A stretch of DNA of 58,322 bases, counting the filler, from Diploschistes diacapsis (lineage: Eukaryota), in assembly GCA_023645945.1 (NCBI GenBank). It is 4 parts of 4 records of this genome, joined end to end, with 100 filler letters (N's around TTAATTAATTAA, not from the genome) between each part and the next. Parts side by side here need not be neighbours in the genome. Positions count along the whole stretch, not along the records: positions 14,642 to 29,167 come from JALAIB010000602.1; positions 29,268 to 43,755 come from JALAIB010000603.1; 2 more parts are not named here. One strand, 5' to 3'. Of the stretch, positions 23,292-35,100 are shown piece after piece. The notes beneath the pieces were generated by a model. It was not told the origin of the DNA. It made no database searches and was given only the letters and a program-made list of their open reading frames with translations. Every line of letters starts with the position of its first letter. The first letter of the stretch is position 1. The position numbers were made by a program, and so were the translations under genes.

Positions 23292-26092
23292 GCACCTTGA
23301 ATGCCTAGTTATGATAACAAAAGTTGAGATGTTTTGAAGCTTCTTGTTAGCTTTGGTTTCTCTATCCTATAAATTTGAATATCCGCATGGTGGAATCAAT
23401 CTCTATATATCACCATATAACCTTACACACCTCATATCACTTGGTCCGCCGCCTTCAGCTTGTTCTCAATTTTTCCAAGTCCCGCCCGCTAGTGTATTCC
23501 GTCTGCAACTAAGACAGACCTCATAGCTATTGATATGATAATTTCCAATAATTTTTGCTTCCTCTTGCTATGTCTTGTTGTGAGAGGTTGAACCACAAAG
23601 CCTTCTGGTGTATGTGACCGCAAGAAGCACGACTTAGGTTTGATTCTCCTCAGTCCTCTGCTCCTCATCCAATCTTGCTAGAACTTTGACATCCTGACTG
23701 GGTCCCGTTGCCAAGCTTTTCCTCTTAATGTTTAAGTCCATGTTTGACTACGAAGGCGCGATGTTGTGAAACTGGCCATTTTTCTGAGCTGGCTACGTCT
23801 GGAATGGCAAGGGCACCTGCTTGACTTTTGTTGCGTTCCCAAGTGACTCTAGGGAAGATCTGGGACATGCTGGTTAGAGATCCAGGTGGCGCTGGATTGG
23901 CCGAGGTAACTCGTAAGGTCTTTGCCGTTCCAGCAAATGGGAAACAGAACCTTCAATCGAATTCCATAGCGTCTCTTCCTGGGACACTTTAATGGCTTGA
24001 GCTCTACCTTCTTTTTCTCATCACCCTACAATACTCTTGTCTTCAGCAATCTCCAAGTCAATCTCCTTCTACGATGGACCCTGGAGTCCCTCTTCTGGAA
24101 AAAAGATTTCACAATCGCTTGCGTCGAGGTCGCCAAAGCTCTGCGAGTACCTCTTTATTTCTTTCACTGGTTCTGTTTTGTCAACGTGCCCTTCTTGTGC
24201 TTTTCCATCCTTCCTTATGTCCGTCTTTTCCTTCTGCATCGCTGCACAACGCGACTGTATGGAACAGCAATATACCCAGCGGTTCTGTCTAGAGTGTCAC
24301 TTGTTACCTCGATATCGGTCGGAAAAGTGAAGCCACTTGCAGCCACCAACACTTTCCCAATTGAGCTTGGAGCAGACCATGGTCATGGCTCGTTTCTCCC
24401 CTAACAAGGACGTTTAGGGTTGGATCTGCGTGCTGCATTATTCAGAGTCGAATATTCGATACACAGGTCCAACCTCGACGTGATGATGCAATACATAGCG
24501 CTGATACTTCCTGGCATGTTTTTGATAAGGCGATGATCGAACTATTGTCCAAATATAACACAAGAGGAAGGCAGACCAAGGTCATGCTGCCCTTGCGGGC
24601 CAGCAGAAGAGAGAAATCCTATTAGTTTTCGTGTCGCTAATCTCGCATCCCTCTGGCTGCACCCATCAAATGGAAAGAGAGCGACGAAGCTGCCGGACTC
24701 TTCGATGGATGCCTCGGCATAGAGTTGGGCTGCTGGTGTCAGCGTTCGGCGCGTCTATAGCCATAAGACCCGGCGTAGGACCGACCTAACCCTTGGACCA
24801 GCCAACGGTTGGGCTGTGACACCAATATATAGTTGAAGATATTGTGCAAGAGATAAGAGGTAAGCGAACAAGGCCCTATATACATGTTCCAAGTAAGTGT
24901 GTACTAATAACGTCAGAGTATAAATACAAATATAAGTACAAAGATGAAGGGAAGATAAAGCATGCTTAAAGTGGGAAGAAGAGAAGAAAGAAAGAAGAGA
25001 AGCGGAGGGGGAGGCAGGAATATATAAGCGTGGAACTGGTCGCAGTCATAGATGAGGCAGCCTAGCCTCGTTTGGCGCTGGCCCTTGGGGCTGACCAACA
25101 CTTCATTCACAGCGACGGTGAGGTATTCCACAGTTACTACTATGACCGGCCTATAGGCATACTATAGGTGTTCTCTCGGTGCGTCTGGTTTGTCGCCTGG
25201 TTGGTTGGCACACTCGGTTGGTAAAAAACGTCATTTCTCTTGGTTCTTCTACAGTGAGACCTAAGCATTCAGCGAGATTGCAATGTGAGTTTATTAGACA
25301 GTCATGGTCACGATGTATATAGTGCTCAGCTAAGCTTCAGTTACTTGGGATAGTATTTGAGAAGAGGATTCTCCTCAAGGCCCATGGGGACTGTTTTATT
25401 CCTAGTACCATGCTAATGATAACTTCCTGCTGTTTTTGCTTCCACAGCATCGAAATTTCTGCACCCGACTATAAACAGAGTTCCTCCGCAATCGGCTCCC
25501 AGCAGCTTCGCCATTGATCTGTCCCTTTCTTTTCCTTACTTGCCCAAAAGCGTTAGTAGGCTTTTCGACGAGCCCTTAGCGCATATCTCGGATTAAAATC
25601 CTCAACTCCTTGGTAAATCCGCTCAGCCTCATCTTGGATCATTTTCGCCATTATGTAACAAGAGGCAGGCATCTTCCTTTACGGCTGAACCGTTCAACAG
25701 CCCGCTCCTTCGGGCGAACATACTTCCTTGGAAGTTAAATAGTCTGATATGTCAGCCTCATGGACTTCATAATCTGTACTCTCTGGTTGCATCAGTGATG
25801 AACAGGCGGCCTTCGGGCGAACTGAGACCTGCTTACGGCCATAACATTCCCCCCAGTGACGGCATTGCTGAACAGTAGGTGGACGAAACTCGTATTTATA
25901 CTGCGATACGCTCACGATACAGTATTCTCAAGTCATCTCCTCAAGTATCTAGCTAGGAAGCACATTTCACACAATCTCATCAGTATTTCTTCGAGCCTAG
26001 ATAATTGCAACTGCTTTTATAGAATCACTTCAGCGGCACTCCACCATTATTCAAATCTATAGTCGTTTTTCAAATCATCAACAAAATTCGAA

Positions 26093-26428
26093 ATGTGCTG
26101 CTGCTCGCCTGAAGTTCGCGCTAGAAAACAAGCGCGCAATCAAGCGCGCAAAGCCGCCTTCATGAAACCCTTCTCGAACCGCACTGGCTCTAGTTGTGCC
26201 TCTGGCTCAAAAATCCATGCTCTCGTTTCGTATCCCGATACCTGTGGCCCACCTCAGTATGGCACAATCGGAAGTGTTGACGAACTTCAGCAACCTACGG
26301 ACGTGTTGTCGTTGGTAAGTGAAAAGGGTGATGAGAAGGCGCGGCTATCCATGAGGGCGCCGCCATCATATGCCGAAGCCGTGAGCGAAGAAAAGATAGG
26401 GGAGAAGGACGAGAAAGTTGGACTCTAG
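26093..26428 (+). CDS. Small hypothetical protein (111 aa) with N-terminal Cys cluster and PPxY motifs
   Basis: ATG in a fungal Kozak-like context (caaaattcgaaATG) after a C/A-rich leader; MCCCS start, PPQY and PPSY motifs, EK-rich tail. Confidence 0.6.
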   Translation: MCCCSPEVRARKQARNQARKAAFMKPFSNRTGSSCASGSKIHALVSYPDTCGPPQYGTIGSVDELQQPTDVLSLVSEKGDEKARLSMRAPPSYAEAVSEEKIGEKDEKVGL

Positions 26429-26956
26429 GGGACAATAGCGGAGGCAGTGGCACATGAAGAATCACATGAGGGGGAGTTTGCGCGTCGTTCCAAGCTCATG
26501 GTATCTTGGTCTAGTAAAGGAGTGGACTATGATCAATCGAAATTTATTCTCTTCAAAAAGCCATTTTAAGATTTGGCGCATTATCCCTTGCGCGTCAATT
26601 TGCGGGCCTTCCGCAAGGCATAATTACCTGCAAGTACTATACTTATAATTCTGGCGCTCCTTGCTCATGACACCAGCAGTTCTCATGCCGTTCCTTCCTT
26701 GTTAGCTATGCATAACTTCTATTACACCTCTTGTATATTTTTTAGGGACGTGGAGAGACGCATGGACCCGTTCTTGTCAGTGCATCAAAGTATGGACAAA
26801 GCTGTGCGTTCTCTCGGCAGTATTGTGATCAGGTTACGACGATTTAATTCTTCGCCAGTTCACCATTTCTGTTGCCTCGCGAATTCTTCCAACAACACTT
26901 ACGCAGATCGTTTTTAGCCACGAGGGTAACCTGATTAATCCAAGTATCGGTGCAAA

Positions 26957-28830
26957 ATGTCCTGCATCCTTGCTATTCTCATTTTCACTTGGCTTGTTGC
27001 TGTGGCTCGAGCCACTAACCACACTCTCTTTGAGTCGATCCAGGGTGGAGTCCCTAGTGGATGGGCTTTTGATAGCACGCCTTATCCATACCAGAGCCTG
27101 GGGCTCAAGATTGCAATCAAACAACAAAATATTGAATCGTTTGAGCAGAAATTACTCGATATCTCTGATCCTAGTCACTTGCAGTATGGTAACCACTTGC
27201 ACGGCCACGAGGTTGACGCTCTCCTGAAGCCTACCGATGAAACCATGCGTACAGTGTCTCAGTGGCTCCAAGAAGCTAAAGTGGAACAAGTGCATCATGA
27301 GCATGATTGGATCATCATCAAGACGGATGTACAAACTGCGAACAATATGCTCAATACAACCTTTCTATGGTACAAAAACGAGAAAGAGGGAATCCTATCT
27401 CTCCGTACGCTCCAATATTCAGTACCCAAACACGTGGTTCCGCATATCGACCTCATCCAACCTACCACCAGGTTCGGAGGCCCACAGTCGATGCGTTCGA
27501 CCATTAGTAGGATCAGAAAGCCTCGGAGAGCGAAGGGCGTCTTGGAGCCAGTAGCTTCTGTCAACGCTACCTGCAACTATACAATCACGCCAAACTGCCT
27601 TCTAGACCTGTACAATGTCCGTTACAAAGCAGATTTAAATAACGGCAACAAGCTCGGGTTCGCATCTTTCCTTGGACAGCAGTTTCAGGCTGATGATCTC
27701 ACCGTGTTCGAGAGCACGTTCGCGCCATATGCCAACGGTACCAACTTCACTGCTGTGACATTAAAAGAGCCTCCTAGCAACCGGACCGCGTCTTTACAGA
27801 ACAACCAGGAGGCTAACCTTGACGGGCAATACGCAGTTTCTTTGGCATATCCAGTTCCGGTCACGGAACTCCGTGTGAGTGGCTTGGGGTAAGCCTCGAA
27901 GCAGTTCAAATCATGGACAGAAAATAACTTGTGTCTAGTCCCTTGGTCCCTGACCTCGATCAACCAAACCAATCTGATGATTCGAATGAACCGTATCTCG
28001 ACTATCTGAGGGCTTTGCTAAGTCTACCAAATGACCAGATACCCCAGGTCATTTCTCATTCTTACGGCGAGTCCGAGCAGACTGTACCAGTGTCATACAA
28101 CAAAAAAGTCTGCAACATGTTCGCACAACTTGGCGCTCGTGGAGTATCGGTCATATTCGCCTCGGGAGATCTTGGAGTAGGTGATGCTTGTCTTTCGAAC
28201 GACGGAAAGAATACTACAGAATTTCAGCCCATGTTTCCACCCGCTTGTCCATGGGTGACTTCGGTTGGTGCGACTTACAGAATCCCCGAGCAAGCGGCGG
28301 CATTCTCCGGGGGCGGGTTCTCTCGCGTATACCATCGGCCCAAATACCAAGACGAAGCTGTTTCAACCTTTCTCGAGGGATTGGGCGATCAGTTCGAGGG
28401 CCTTTACGATGCGAAAGGGCGTGGTTTTCCCGACGTGTCGGCTCAAGGTGTTGACTATTCCATTATCGATAAAGCTTTCCCGACCTTCATCAGTGGAACA
28501 TCGGCTTCCTCACCGACCTTCGCCGCCATCATCGCCCTTCTGAACTCGGCAAGGATTTCAAGCGGGATGAGGCCTCTGGGCTTTCTAAATCCTTGGCTCT
28601 ACAAGAACAGTTGCAAAATGCTCAACGATGTCACAATGGGTAGGAACATCGGCTGCTCGGGATCAAGAGCTTCCACCGAACGGCCAAACGGCAGTCCGAA
28701 GATCCCAGGAGCCGGTTTCAATGCTACTGAAGGCTGGGATCCTGTTACGGGCCTAGGTACTCCGGACTTTGGCAAGATGCTGAAGGTGAGTACGCCGTGG
28801 GTCAAAAATGAGGGCGGTCCGGTAGCTTGA
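26957..28830 (+). CDS. Secreted tripeptidyl-peptidase, sedolisin (S53) family; intron 27889-27938
   Basis: Signal peptide, prodomain (ISDPSHLQYG, LRTLQYSVP, IQPTTRFG), EANLD, SHSYGESEQ, ASGDLGVG, GTSASSP catalytic Ser, GWDPVTGLGTP. Confidence 0.95.
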
Positions 28831-29167
28831 GGGGGGGGGAACATCATTTCCTGGGGCGATTTGCTATGGAGTTCATGGATAGTCGGAAAGACTGACCATC
28901 TTGACTATCACATGGTTGCTATCTTTTAGTGGTAGCTAATAGCTTACTAAGTCCTTTTTTTTTGATGGAATGAAGGGCTCTAATCTCATGATTTATGCCA
29001 TGCTATCACCAACGTACCAGTTTCTTCCATTCCCGAACCACAATAAATTGACAGATCATCGAATCGAACATCCGCGTGAAGTACTTCAGAGCCTTACTCC
29101 AGCTACTCCCATTTGATCTCCGCTATCCACCATCCGTTACCCCCCCAGCACCTACTCCCCTTTTCCC

Positions 29168-29267
29168 NNNNNNNNNNNNNNNNNNNNNNNNNNNNNNNNN
29201 NNNNNNNNNNNTTAATTAATTAANNNNNNNNNNNNNNNNNNNNNNNNNNNNNNNNNNNNNNNNNNNN
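29168..29267. other. Assembly gap with TTAATTAATTAA linker
   Basis: N block. Confidence 0.98.
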
Positions 29268-29464
29268 ACATTATACTGTATTAAAAGCACGGACACGGAC
29301 ATTATAATTAAAAATTTTAAAATATTAATATTAATACGGACATTATATTTCCGTAAATCCACGAACACGGACACCGTAATTAAAAAATCTAAAACACGGA
29401 TACTGACACTGTCAGTATCCGTGTCACTGACACGGCCGTGTCAGTGTCAGTAACGGCCAGCCTA
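29268..29464 (-). mobile_element. hAT-like transposon end with many ACACGG/ACGGAC subterminal repeats, AT-rich
   Basis: Ends ...GTGTCAGTAACGGCCAGCCTA, the reverse complement of the 14481 terminus with a few mismatches. Confidence 0.6.
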
Positions 29465-29587
29465 AAAAAAAGCATATAATCGATGCATTAAATAAACAAA
29501 TGTGGCTAGAGAGAGGGCTAATTCCATAAATACTTATAACTGTATATAAATTAATATGATTAAGAGAGTATCTTAAGAACCATAATA

Positions 29588-29797
29588 ACGTGTTTCACCA
29601 CTTAACGGATCACACCACAAAGCGGCTCACTATATTATAGTGTAGATGCGCTAGATAGTTTTAAGCGAGCTTTTGAGCCCAACAACTACATATAAAATTA
29701 CTTGTACGAAAGGTGAAAATGTTATGAAATACATTTTACGAAGGTGCAGGGATTGTCAGCCGTTTTGTGGTGTGATCCGTTAAGTGGTGAAACACGT
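29588..29797. mobile_element. MITE copy 3, complete, TA-flanked
   Basis: TA|ACGTGTTTCACCACTTAACGGATCACACCACAAAGCGGCT ... AGCCGTTTTGTGGTGTGATCCGTTAAGTGGTGAAACACGT|TA; shares GAAATACA(C/T)TTTACGAAGGTGCAGGGATTGT with copies 1 and 2. Confidence 0.88.
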
Positions 29798-30949
29798 TAC
29801 TTATCATGTAATTTTTATGTATAGTAGGCAGAATAAGACCTGCCGGTGTGGCGGCCCAGTAGACCGCACACACCGTAGCAAGTACTAGGAACATCTTGTA
29901 CTTTATTTTCGTGATTTGATAAGCATAAAGCTCCGGGACAGCTTGCTGCAGGGTAACCTGTCTTTTCCCAACGCCTTTCCGCTCCTTATCATTGACATAG
30001 GACTCCATTCTTTATATGCGTGCTTGCTGGTTAAATAGAGACAGATGCCCAATCCATTGAAGCTTACGAGGGCCAGTCGAGTTGAGTCCTCTCGACACGG
30101 AAGACGTTCATCCAGCTTGCCTTCGTTATCCTGGTCTGCGCTTGCAAAATGCAACCTAAAGAAGGGCCAAGAAAAATTCATGACTGCTCTGGCACAATGA
30201 CTGGAATGGGTGGCCCATCAAAGTATCAGGCCAGGCCAGCGCACGACGACCAAGCAGATCTTGCACAGCATCGGATCCTCGGGCCAACCCTTGAGCTTCC
30301 CGAGCAGCTACTAGGTTTCCTAGTAACTATCTAGATATCTTCTATCAAAAAGCGCACTCATGGGTCTACTTGCTCCACTGGTAGCTGCGGCTGCAATAGC
30401 CAGTGCCGTGAGGTTATGCACACGAGTTTTCAGATGCCGTGAATCTAGGCCCGTAGGCAAGGCCGTTCAAGGTACTACGGTCTCTAGCCTTAGATTAGCT
30501 CAGTGTAGGATCATTGCGTCCTCAATCTGCGTCCGATAACTTCTCTTGCCGCATATCTCAGGGTTTCGCTTTGTATTACTATCTGCTGCCTCTTGCGTTC
30601 TTCGTTGCTCGACCTTGCTCCCTCCTATCCGTGCTACGGCTCGTGGATTTTGAAAGCCTACTATGCCTCCAGCGGAAGTGGCTCCCGCTGGGCGGTATTA
30701 TTTTGGCAGCGGTTACACTTAATACATCAAGGAGAGTCTCGGCTGATACCTACATAAACAAGGCTTGCCTACCTCATATCTACGTTTACTGCTTGAACTG
30801 ACCCAATCCAGCTCACAACACGCTCCAAGATAACCGGTCAGAAATTCTCCATCGAGGAGTGGCCGAGAGAACTCGCTTGCCGGGTTGTCGGAACTCTTAC
30901 TCTTGAAGAACAGGTACTGGTCAAAGTTTGACCCACAAAGCTGTGAATA

Positions 30950-33437
30950 ACGCATCAAGTGTCATTACTAGCTGGAAACGACTTCTGGAGGACCGTTCCA
31001 ATACCGTCCAAGGGTGTTCCGTCGATAAAGACCTCTGACGGACCTATGGCGCCAGGGGGCCCCTTCAAAGACGGAACTCCGGTATGGGATCCCGCTCACG
31101 CTGGCTGACAGGCATGTTGACCAGCTCGGGCTGCTTTATTTCCTTGCGGTATATCACTGGCCGCCACCTTGAACCTCGATCTTCTACGAGAGGGTCGGAG
31201 AACACCAAGCAGAGGAGGCCAAAGCTCGTGGTGTAGATGTGCTGCTTGCTCCCACCGTATGCATGCATCGGTCGCCAGTAGGCGGACGAAATTTCGAATC
31301 CTTCTCCGAGGATCCTATCCTAACTGGAAAGCTTGCTGCTACAAAGCCGTGGCATTGCTGCAACGATCAAGCACTTCGTCGGTAATGAGCAGGAAACCCA
31401 TCGTATGACTATAGATTCCATCATCCAAGACAGGCCCTTGCTTGAAATCTACTTGAAGCCCTTTGAGATTGCCGTTCGGGATGCGGAGCCTTGGGCTCTA
31501 ATGTCGTCAGATAATCTTGTTAATGGTATTCACGCCTACATGCATTTCCACATATTCAAAGACATCTTGAGATGCGAGTGGCGCTACGATGGGTACGGAA
31601 ACCTTGCGAAAAGAATTTGTAAGCTATTTACCCCCCTGCAGGATGGTCATGTCAGATAGGGGAGGAACCAACTCAGTCGTGGAATCGGTTACTGCTGGCT
31701 GTGATCTTGAGATGCCAGGTCCCGCGAAGTGGAAGGCAAGAAGATCCTCGAGAATATCGGCAATGGAAAACTCAAAAAGTCGCGACGTTGAGCAGAGTGC
31801 ACTCAATGTCATCCATCTCATTGAACGGACAAAAGGCATCAAGAATCTCAAAGAAGCACCGGAGAAAGCTGACTAGAAGCTATGAAGGTCTTACGCTACT
31901 TAAAAATGAGAGTGTTCTGCCTATCAAAGATGGACTACAAAGTATTAGCGCTGATTGTGCCTAATGCCAAGCGAGCGATTGCTGGTGGCGGAGGAAGTGC
32001 CAGTCTAAAGCCATATTACCTCACAACCCCCTACCAAGGTTTTGAAGATGTGTCAAGCTCCAAGTTGTTCTTCACACAGGGTTGTGATTCTGCTAAGTGG
32101 CTACCTTTACTCTCTGCTGCTAACTGCGGAACACCGGCAGGATGACCAGGCGTCATTCTCGAATACTACAGAGGCGATGCCCTCAAAGGCGATCCCGCGC
32201 ACATACAACATAAGAATGGGGCTGTTCTGTTTCTTTGGGACTCCGCACCAATGGACCTCCTTCCGGCCTACTCTTTCAAAGTGAAATGCACTATAATACC
32301 CTCGAAGACCAGCATGCACACTTTTAGCTTCATGACCATTGACCCTGGAAAGCTCTTCGTCAACAACGAGCTTTTCATCAATAATTGGGACTGGACTGAG
32401 GAAGGCGAGGCGATGTTTGATGGCTCCGAGGACGTCTTGAGACTGGTTTACCTCCAAGGTGACCAAATTTACGATATTCTTGTAGAAAGTAACAACGAGA
32501 TCCGACCAAAGTCCAAGCAGTCCTTTGAGGGACCCGGACATCATTATGGTGGCTGTAGGCCTGGTTACGAAGAAGCTACAGTGCACCTTTTCCAGCAAGC
32601 CGCAGACATTGCCAAGGAGGCCGACGTTGCAGTTGTCGTGGTTGGACCAGACGCTGAATGGGAATCAGAAGGCTGTGATTGTCAGACCATGGGCCTGCCT
32701 CGTGATGGTAACCGGGATGCATTTATTGAGGCAGTCGCCTAGGTCAACCCACACACCGTTGTTGTCAATCAGGCCGGAACACCAGCCATGATGCCTTGGG
32801 CAGACAAGGTACCGGCCATCGTCCAAGGCTGGTACCAAAGACAAGAATCCGGCCGCGCATCGGCAGATGTTCTGCTCGGATACTCCAACTTCAGCGGGAA
32901 TTTACCTGTTACATTTCCCAAGCTCCTCTCCGTCAACCCAGCCTATCACAACTGGCCTAGAGAGAACCTGCAGGTTGTGTACGGTGAAGCCTTGTGCATC
33001 GGATACCGCCACTACGATAGATCACAGATCATACCGAGGTTTGTGTTCGGCCATGGCATTTCTTACACGAGCTTCGAGTATGGCCAGCTCGCTCTCACCG
33101 TGACAATCACGAACATAGGGGCACTTTGCTGGCTCTGAAGTCGTACAGACTTATATGTTAGGGATTCGAAGTCACGTCTGACTCGCCCAGAAAAGGAATT
33201 ACAGGCTTTCTAGAAGGTGCACCTCCAGCCTGGTGAGAGCGGCACAGCCAACCTAAAACTCGACAAATACTCGGTCGGATACTACGACACATCATTAGAC
33301 ATTTGAGGTCCTGATTGGGTCTTCCTCCGCTGATGTCCGGTAAGTTGTCCATGGCCGACGCGCAAGGACACCCATTAACTGATTGTAGGACACACTGCAC
33401 CTTTGAAGTCAAGGAGTCGTTCACCTGGGTTTTCTAG
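30950..33437 (+). pseudogene. GH3 beta-glucosidase (PA14-containing type) pseudogene
   Basis: SLLAGNDFWRT, KTSDG, GGRNFESFSEDP, KHFVGNEQET, DLEMPGP, EGLTLLKNE, GGGSASLKPYY, EWESEG and FGHGISYTSF lie in different frames. In-frame stops at 32143-32145 and 32740-32742; the MSDW motif has become MSDR. Confidence 0.9.
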
Positions 33438-33963
33438 AGGTGCTTTCATACGCCATTTCCGAAGATACACCACTCAGGTAGTCAGCCGAAAACCTGTTTG
33501 CGTGTTCCGAAGCAATGACCAAGGTGTCAGTATGGAAGTAGCCATAGAGCTCATTCTAAGTAGTAGGAAGGATTCAAGAGCCTGGCAAGGTACAATACAA
33601 GTCCACGATCCAAAGCACGGGAATTAGAATGTGTTCTGCACACAGCATCAGGCTGCCGGTCGGCTTTTTGCATATGCAAACGTGGGAAGCACGGTACTCC
33701 ACGAGAAAGCAATAGCCTGCTAGCCTTGGGGTTAAATGCGGCAGGGGCTTCCTTGAGCGAAGTCGGAAGTGCAAGCAATGCAAGTAACTATCTGCGATGT
33801 AGATGCCAGGCCTGGGAAAAGCTGTAGAACTACTGTAGCAATGATGACGTGTCGTCTGCTCGAGTTCCTCCTGTAGCTATGGTATTCTACACAAGTAAGC
33901 AACTTGGCTTACCCGTTATTTTTACTATTCATTAATTGTGACAGCCGAGACTCTGCGAGCATC

Positions 33964-35100
33964 ATGGACTCGGCCAGCCTCGATTTACTGATCTGTACCG
34001 CCTGTGGAACGCAGTTTGAAGTGACCAAGGACAGCGGTAAGAGCGAGTGCAGGATATGCGATGTATTTACACCCTGTGACGATTGATTGGATAGATCTTG
34101 CGCCGTTAAGGCTAACGTTCTGCTGCTTTGCTTGTGCTTAGGATCCTCGTCAGTTTGTCCCCTCCGGCGGCCAAACCTTCACGACGCTTCGCGAGCTCCA
34201 AGCTGGACCCTACAAGAATATTTTTTATGATGAAGAAGACGACGATCGAATCCTTTCGATAACCACTGAACCCAAGGTAATGTCTGAATGAGCGCGAAAG
34301 TCGTGCAATAGATGGCTTGTGCTGATTTCCCGCAGGTGGGAATCGGACAAAGGGCGTTGCTCCTCCGCACTGACCATGGCAATGTCCTCTGGGATTGTGT
34401 TGCCTATCTCGACTCGTCCACGATTGAAAAGGTAAAACACTAAAGCATCTCGCAATCCTTTCTTTCCTATCTTTGACAATGCGATTCAGATCAAATCATT
34501 AGGTGGCCTGCGATGCATAGTCATATCGCATCCGCATTTTTATACCACACATGTCGAGTGGGCGAAGGCCTTCAAATGCCCTGTGTATACGGCTGCCGAG
34601 GATGCCGTTTGGCTCCATCGCACACAAGCTTCTGGTATTGATCGTCGACTGATACAAGGTGCTACCGAAACCGTATTGGAAAGTGTAACAGCAATCAAGA
34701 CAGGAGGGCACTTTGATGGAAGCATGGTTCTTCACTGGGAGAAAAATCTCTTCATTGCGGATACGCTTTTGACGATACAGGTATAGTTCCTTGATTGCAT
34801 GTCTACAATGCGCCTCCAATTGACGCGGCCCAGTCGGCATACTACCACAAAGATCGCCAGCCTGGCACTTCCTCTTATTCGTTCATGTGGTCCATTCCCA
34901 ATTTCATACCGCTGCCGCCTGTCAAGATCGAAGGTGTTTGGAAGGCCGTGAAGCCTTGGGACTTTACCAGCACGTACGGCCTTATGAGGGGCATGAATGT
35001 TCATGACTCCAACCTGAAAAAGCGCGTTCTGGAGAGCGCCAAGATTCAGATCAGGGCGGAAGGATACTGTGATCACGCCTTTCTTGGGGAGCACGTTTGA
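33964..35100 (+). CDS. Metallo-beta-lactamase-fold hydrolase with N-terminal CxxC..CxxC zinc ribbon; 5 exons
   Basis: ICTACGTQF...CRICD|DPRQFVP, GIGQRALLLRTDHGNVLWDC, ISHPHFY, GGHFDGS, IADT, SFMWSIPNFIPL. Confidence 0.9.

Noticed and set aside
24400..24422. TTAGGGTTG/CCCTAA telomere-like motif
   Set aside because: Single short match with no supporting structure; expected by chance.
29268..29464. Spaced ACGGAC repeats resembling a CRISPR array
   Set aside because: Eukaryotic context, short irregular repeats and no cas genes; these are TE subterminal repeats.
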